The notes below the pieces were generated by a model. It was given only the letters and a program-made list of their open reading frames with translations. It had not been told where the DNA came from and searched no databases. 32,000 nucleotides of DNA from Ignicoccus islandicus DSM 13165. Its GTDB lineage: Archaea > Thermoproteota > Thermoprotei_A > Sulfolobales > Ignicoccaceae. The DNA is taken from assembly GCF_001481685.1 (NCBI RefSeq), contig NZ_CP006867.1, positions 1,230,001-1,262,000 of the forward strand. The letters are read 5' to 3'. This document shows, piece by piece, positions 28,234 to 32,000 of the stretch; positions within the stretch are counted from its first letter, which is position 1; every line of letters starts with the position of its first letter. The position numbers were made by a program, and so were the translations under genes.

Positions 28234-31131
28234 ATGAGTGAATCAATGGAAACAATTAAGCCATGCGACAGTGCTGAAATATTGAGGGAGCTAGGATATT
28301 CGTTTGAGCTAGTTCGTGAAGGAGCGAGCGTTCCCGAATTCTCAAACAAGAGTTTCGATGACTTCTTGAAGGGGAGTGTAGCTAGACTGAAGGGTCTAAA
28401 ATTATATAAGCATCAAGAAGAGGTGTACGAAGCGATAACCAAAGGTAAAAACGTCATATTGGTTTCAGGCACGGGTTCCGGAAAGACTGAGGCATGGATG
28501 CTTCCCGTCATAACTCATTCAATGAAAACCTTGGTGATTTATCCTACATTAGCGCTCTCTTCAGATCAACTGAGAAGGCTGAGGGAATACTTCTCTGAGC
28601 TCAGCAGCGAGGATAAAGTAGTCCTAGTAGATTCTAGGAACCCTCGAGTAGTCGATGACGCGTTAATAGTTGCTACCAATCCTGCCTTCTTGTTCCAAGA
28701 TTTGAAGAGGATTGCGGAAGGTAGGGGTTATTTGAAATGGTTCTTACAAGAAGTCGAGCTAATTGTAGTCGATGAGCTTGATTTCTATGGTTATCACGGA
28801 GTGAGTGCAATAATCTCAATGCTCGAATTAATTTCCAATTACATTAAACTGGGAGACCCTCCCCAGTTAGTCCTTCTGACCGCAACGTTAGGGAGTCCCA
28901 ATGAAATGGCTTCGGTGCTCAGGGAAATAAATGAAAGAGAAACTGTCGTAGTTGAAGGGAAGCCATTTAAGGTAGAGAATAGAACTTACATAGTTTACTC
29001 AAAGGACTTAGATAAGCTATGGGACTGGGTCCAAAAGAATAAATCGAAGATCTTATCCAAAGCACCCAGCTTAAAGGAATTTATAAGCGAGAAAGAAAAG
29101 TTCAAGGAGAACGTTTACGGCTTAATAGAGGCCCTCAGATCAAAGGGAATTTGGCCCCCTTCACCATCTATGGATTACGCTGAGGTTATAGCTAGATACG
29201 TTCACTGCGAGAAGAACACTCTAACGTTAGTTTTCGTGAGTAGCATAAGAATGGCTGAAAAGTTAGTCAGAGAAGTAAGGGAGAGGCTTCCAGAAAACGA
29301 GGCTTCCCAAATAGAGGCCCATCACCACATGATTCCGAAGTCTAAGAGGGAAGAAATAGAGAGGAGGGCTAGACTCGGTGAGGTAAAAGTCATAGTTAGT
29401 CCCAAGACCTTGGCTCAGGGAATAGATATAGGAAATGTGGTTAGGGTTGTTCACATTGGCTTACCGGAGACATTGAGAGAGTTCAGGCAAAGGGAGGGAA
29501 GGAAGGGCCGCAGAGGCAACATTGAGTTCACTGAAAGCATTATATTCCCATATAAGCAATGGGACAAGAAACTGCTTCGTCAAGGACTTTCGGTTCTAAC
29601 TAAGTGGATAAGTATGCCTTTAGAGAAAGTTGATTACAACCCATCCAATAAATGGAACGAGCTCTTCGTTGGGTTATGGAAAAGCATTAGCGGATACCCT
29701 CTCTTAGAATCTGAGAAGGAGCTTCTCGAGGAACTGAATCTAATCAATGATCGGGGTATCTTAACAGCGGAAGGACGAAAGGTATGGAATTATTTGGGGT
29801 TTTATGAATACGGTCCACCTTACGGAATACCTCGAGTGCTATACAAAGGAGGAAGGAAGGAGAGGCTTCCGGAAATCGGTAGGAGAGATTTCATAGAAAG
29901 GTTTCAACCCGGTTCCTTCGACTACTCGAATGACGCGGTAGTTGTAGGGTACACTAGAGAAGGTATTGTTGAGAAACCCTTAAGCGAGGCAATAAGGGAA
30001 AGCGAGTGGTTGTTCGAGGCAGTCCAGCAATACTACAAAATAAAGGAGAAATGGGGAGAGTTCAAGCCGGACGTGACGAAAGACTACAAGTACGGTAAGC
30101 TTTCTTCAAAGGTAGAGGTACTAGCCAACCCTCCAAAGAACGGTTTCGGTAGATTGACTGAAGTTCCACTAAGAACTTATTGGATCGTCGAATCTAGGAA
30201 GGCTGACGTAAAGAAGTTAGGTAACAACATTACATTAATATATAATAAGGAAAGAGTTGCATTAGCTGCCGAAACCCACGGTGAGTACGAGGACTACACG
30301 TATGGGTTCTCATATACACTAGATCCTGTATGGGAAGATTACGAGGTGTCGGCTGCAGTAGCCTTCGGTCTTGCCGCATTAAGGGTAAAGGATAACATTG
30401 ACGTGACCGAGTTTGCATATGCAATAAGTAGTAGATATGGATACAAGGAGCTAATCGTATGGGAACGTGAGGCCTCGGGTATACTGCAGAAGCTAGGCAT
30501 GGAGAGAGTGAAAACAGCACTAGAAGAAGTTAGAATAGATAAGCTCTTGGAAACTTTAGCACTGATGATAGACTCTGAGTCAGTAGAGCTTAGCTTAAAG
30601 AAAGCAACGAACTACGCGGACTTAAAAAAGAAATTACTCAATGTATTCGAATCAATTAACGCAGAACCGAGCGATATGCTGATCGAAATGCTAAAAACGC
30701 CATGCAGGGAGGGAAGCGCTACCGCTTTCATCTACGACGACTCTACCTCTACCATCTATATTTCGGATAACGGTGAGTTTAAATCTATAAAGGTAGAAAA
30801 ACCCAAAGATTTAGCTCCATTAGCGGATATATTTCGTCGGAGCAAAGTTGTAGTGACTTTCATGCCCCCTAGAAAGCTCGAACGATTAGTTAGAACTTAT
30901 CCATTGCTTTACAAGGCATACCTAGAGGGTACTACTAAGAACAGTATTTTGAATATGTACAACATCTTAAAGAATAGGCTTAGGGTAAAGTGGTTAGATT
31001 TAAACAAGGTTGCAGAGAAATTGGGGATGGAACTAAGTACTCCGAGAGACGCATTAGCTTTAATAGAGGAACTTTACTTCAAGTGGCAAGGCTACCTTGA
31101 CGAAACCGCTAAAAGCGAAAGTAAAAACTAA
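28234..31131 (+). CDS. Superfamily 2 DEAD/DEAH-like helicase (Lhr/MrfA(YprA)-like)
   Basis: 965 aa; Walker A VSGTGSGKTEAWMLPV, motif II VVDELDFYG, TLGSPNE, motif V SPKTLAQGIDIGNV, motif VI QREGRKGRRGN. Confidence 0.88.
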   Translation: MSESMETIKPCDSAEILRELGYSFELVREGASVPEFSNKSFDDFLKGSVARLKGLKLYKHQEEVYEAITKGKNVILVSGTGSGKTEAWMLPVITHSMKTLVIYPTLALSSDQLRRLREYFSELSSEDKVVLVDSRNPRVVDDALIVATNPAFLFQDLKRIAEGRGYLKWFLQEVELIVVDELDFYGYHGVSAIISMLELISNYIKLGDPPQLVLLTATLGSPNEMASVLREINERETVVVEGKPFKVENRTYIVYSKDLDKLWDWVQKNKSKILSKAPSLKEFISEKEKFKENVYGLIEALRSKGIWPPSPSMDYAEVIARYVHCEKNTLTLVFVSSIRMAEKLVREVRERLPENEASQIEAHHHMIPKSKREEIERRARLGEVKVIVSPKTLAQGIDIGNVVRVVHIGLPETLREFRQREGRKGRRGNIEFTESIIFPYKQWDKKLLRQGLSVLTKWISMPLEKVDYNPSNKWNELFVGLWKSISGYPLLESEKELLEELNLINDRGILTAEGRKVWNYLGFYEYGPPYGIPRVLYKGGRKERLPEIGRRDFIERFQPGSFDYSNDAVVVGYTREGIVEKPLSEAIRESEWLFEAVQQYYKIKEKWGEFKPDVTKDYKYGKLSSKVEVLANPPKNGFGRLTEVPLRTYWIVESRKADVKKLGNNITLIYNKERVALAAETHGEYEDYTYGFSYTLDPVWEDYEVSAAVAFGLAALRVKDNIDVTEFAYAISSRYGYKELIVWEREASGILQKLGMERVKTALEEVRIDKLLETLALMIDSESVELSLKKATNYADLKKKLLNVFESINAEPSDMLIEMLKTPCREGSATAFIYDDSTSTIYISDNGEFKSIKVEKPKDLAPLADIFRRSKVVVTFMPPRKLERLVRTYPLLYKAYLEGTTKNSILNMYNILKNRLRVKWLDLNKVAEKLGMELSTPRDALALIEELYFKWQGYLDETAKSESKN

Positions 31132-31185
31132 GTACTGAACTTTAGTATCCACGCAGACTCAGAGATTTCAAGGGCCGGTATTGCT

Positions 31186-31893
31186 GTGTTACCGAAGTTC
31201 ATTGTGGACGAAGTCGCAAAGAGAATAGCTGGTGAAATAGCTCTCTCTGAGAGGCCAGGGGATGCTCTGAAAAAGTGGAGGGAGATCTTCGGGGTAACGC
31301 AAACGGAAGTATCGAGAGCTATGGGCGTTACTTCTAGTGTAATTAGCGACTACGAGAAAGGAAAGCGGAGTCCGGGAAGTAACTTCATCAGAAGATACGT
31401 AAACGCCCTTATTGAAATCGACAGAAATAGGGGATGGGTAGTCGTTAGTTCACTGGCCCAAAAGTTCTTAGGTATAAGTACTCGAACGATTGATTTGTGG
31501 GATTACAAGAAGGCCGTAAAAGTTGCAGATATAGTAACATCGGTCAAAGGTCACATAGTGACTTCTCACATAGATCCGGAGGAAATCGTATACGGATACA
31601 TGGTAATAGATAGTTTAAGAACAATTGAAGAGATGGATAGCAAAGACTTCATGGTACTCATGGGCATGAGTTATAGGCGTGTTGTCGTATTCACCAGAGT
31701 TGAGAGCGGGCGATCGCCAATGGTTGCAATAAGGGTTTCCCAACTAAAGCCTAGCCTCGTAGTGCTTCACAGACCTACTCGGTTAGATAGACTTGGAGTT
31801 AGAATTGCTGAAAAGGAGGGCATTACTCTAATTGTGTCCCTACATCCTACAGTAAGTACGCTCATAGAATCTTTAAGGAGATTGGATGCCTAA
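31186..31893 (+). CDS. XRE-type HTH transcriptional regulator (COG1709-like), GTG start
   Basis: 235 aa; [52 protein letters not shown]. Confidence 0.87.
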   Translation: MLPKFIVDEVAKRIAGEIALSERPGDALKKWREIFGVTQTEVSRAMGVTSSVISDYEKGKRSPGSNFIRRYVNALIEIDRNRGWVVVSSLAQKFLGISTRTIDLWDYKKAVKVADIVTSVKGHIVTSHIDPEEIVYGYMVIDSLRTIEEMDSKDFMVLMGMSYRRVVVFTRVESGRSPMVAIRVSQLKPSLVVLHRPTRLDRLGVRIAEKEGITLIVSLHPTVSTLIESLRRLDA

Positions 31894-32000
31894 CAACCTG
31901 ATTCTTGAAGCTTCAGTATAGCTTCTGCTATGTCGCCTTTCGTTTCCTCCAAGGCTTTCCGGGCAACTTCTTCACTGCAACCGGTTTCCTCTGCAACGAT
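31890..32000 (-). CDS. nac: Nascent polypeptide-associated complex protein, C-terminal UBA domain (runs off the window edge)
   Basis: Minus-strand translation ...[36 protein letters not shown] matches archaeal NAC UBA C-termini; overlaps the regulator's stop by 4 nt. Confidence 0.85.
   Translation of the reverse strand: MVAEETGCSEEVARKALEETKGDIAEAILKLQESGC

Noticed and set aside
1-32000. tRNA or rRNA genes and insertion sequences.
   Set aside because: Scanning for GGTTCRANNCC T-arm signatures found only in-CDS matches without acceptor or anticodon arms; no rRNA-like segments and no transposase-like ORFs were recognised. Intron-bearing or split tRNAs cannot be excluded without tRNAscan-SE.

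Overview
Chromosomal window that looks like a hyperthermophilic crenarchaeote (Ignicoccus/Desulfurococcales-like by inference from gene content). Most genes are housekeeping: RNA polymerase A' N-terminus, Orc1/Cdc6, DUF99, prs, KH-domain rRNA-processing protein, HDAC-family deacetylase, serS, PDO/TrxR redox proteins, trpA, NOG1 GTPase, SUMT/HemD heme-pathway pair, glnA, archaeal-type iPGM, HtpX, SF2 helicase, COG1709 regulator and NAC C-terminus. Items most worth a second look: a small orphan CRISPR array decaying at one end; a strongly structured GC-rich non-coding segment between hemD and the next gene; an amidohydrolase-family protein with all metal ligands lost; a SUMT gene whose conserved N-terminus has no canonical start codon; an in-frame 2x[4Fe-4S] ferredoxin-HIT fusion; a ClpP/SDH-like protein lacking the expected serine, next to an HDAC-family gene; an exported four-cluster Fe-S protein with an extra four-cysteine helical insertion in an NrfD/cytochrome c module; and an exact 14-nt inverted repeat flanking the KH gene. 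I found no convincing defence operon, transposon, rRNA or tRNA gene.
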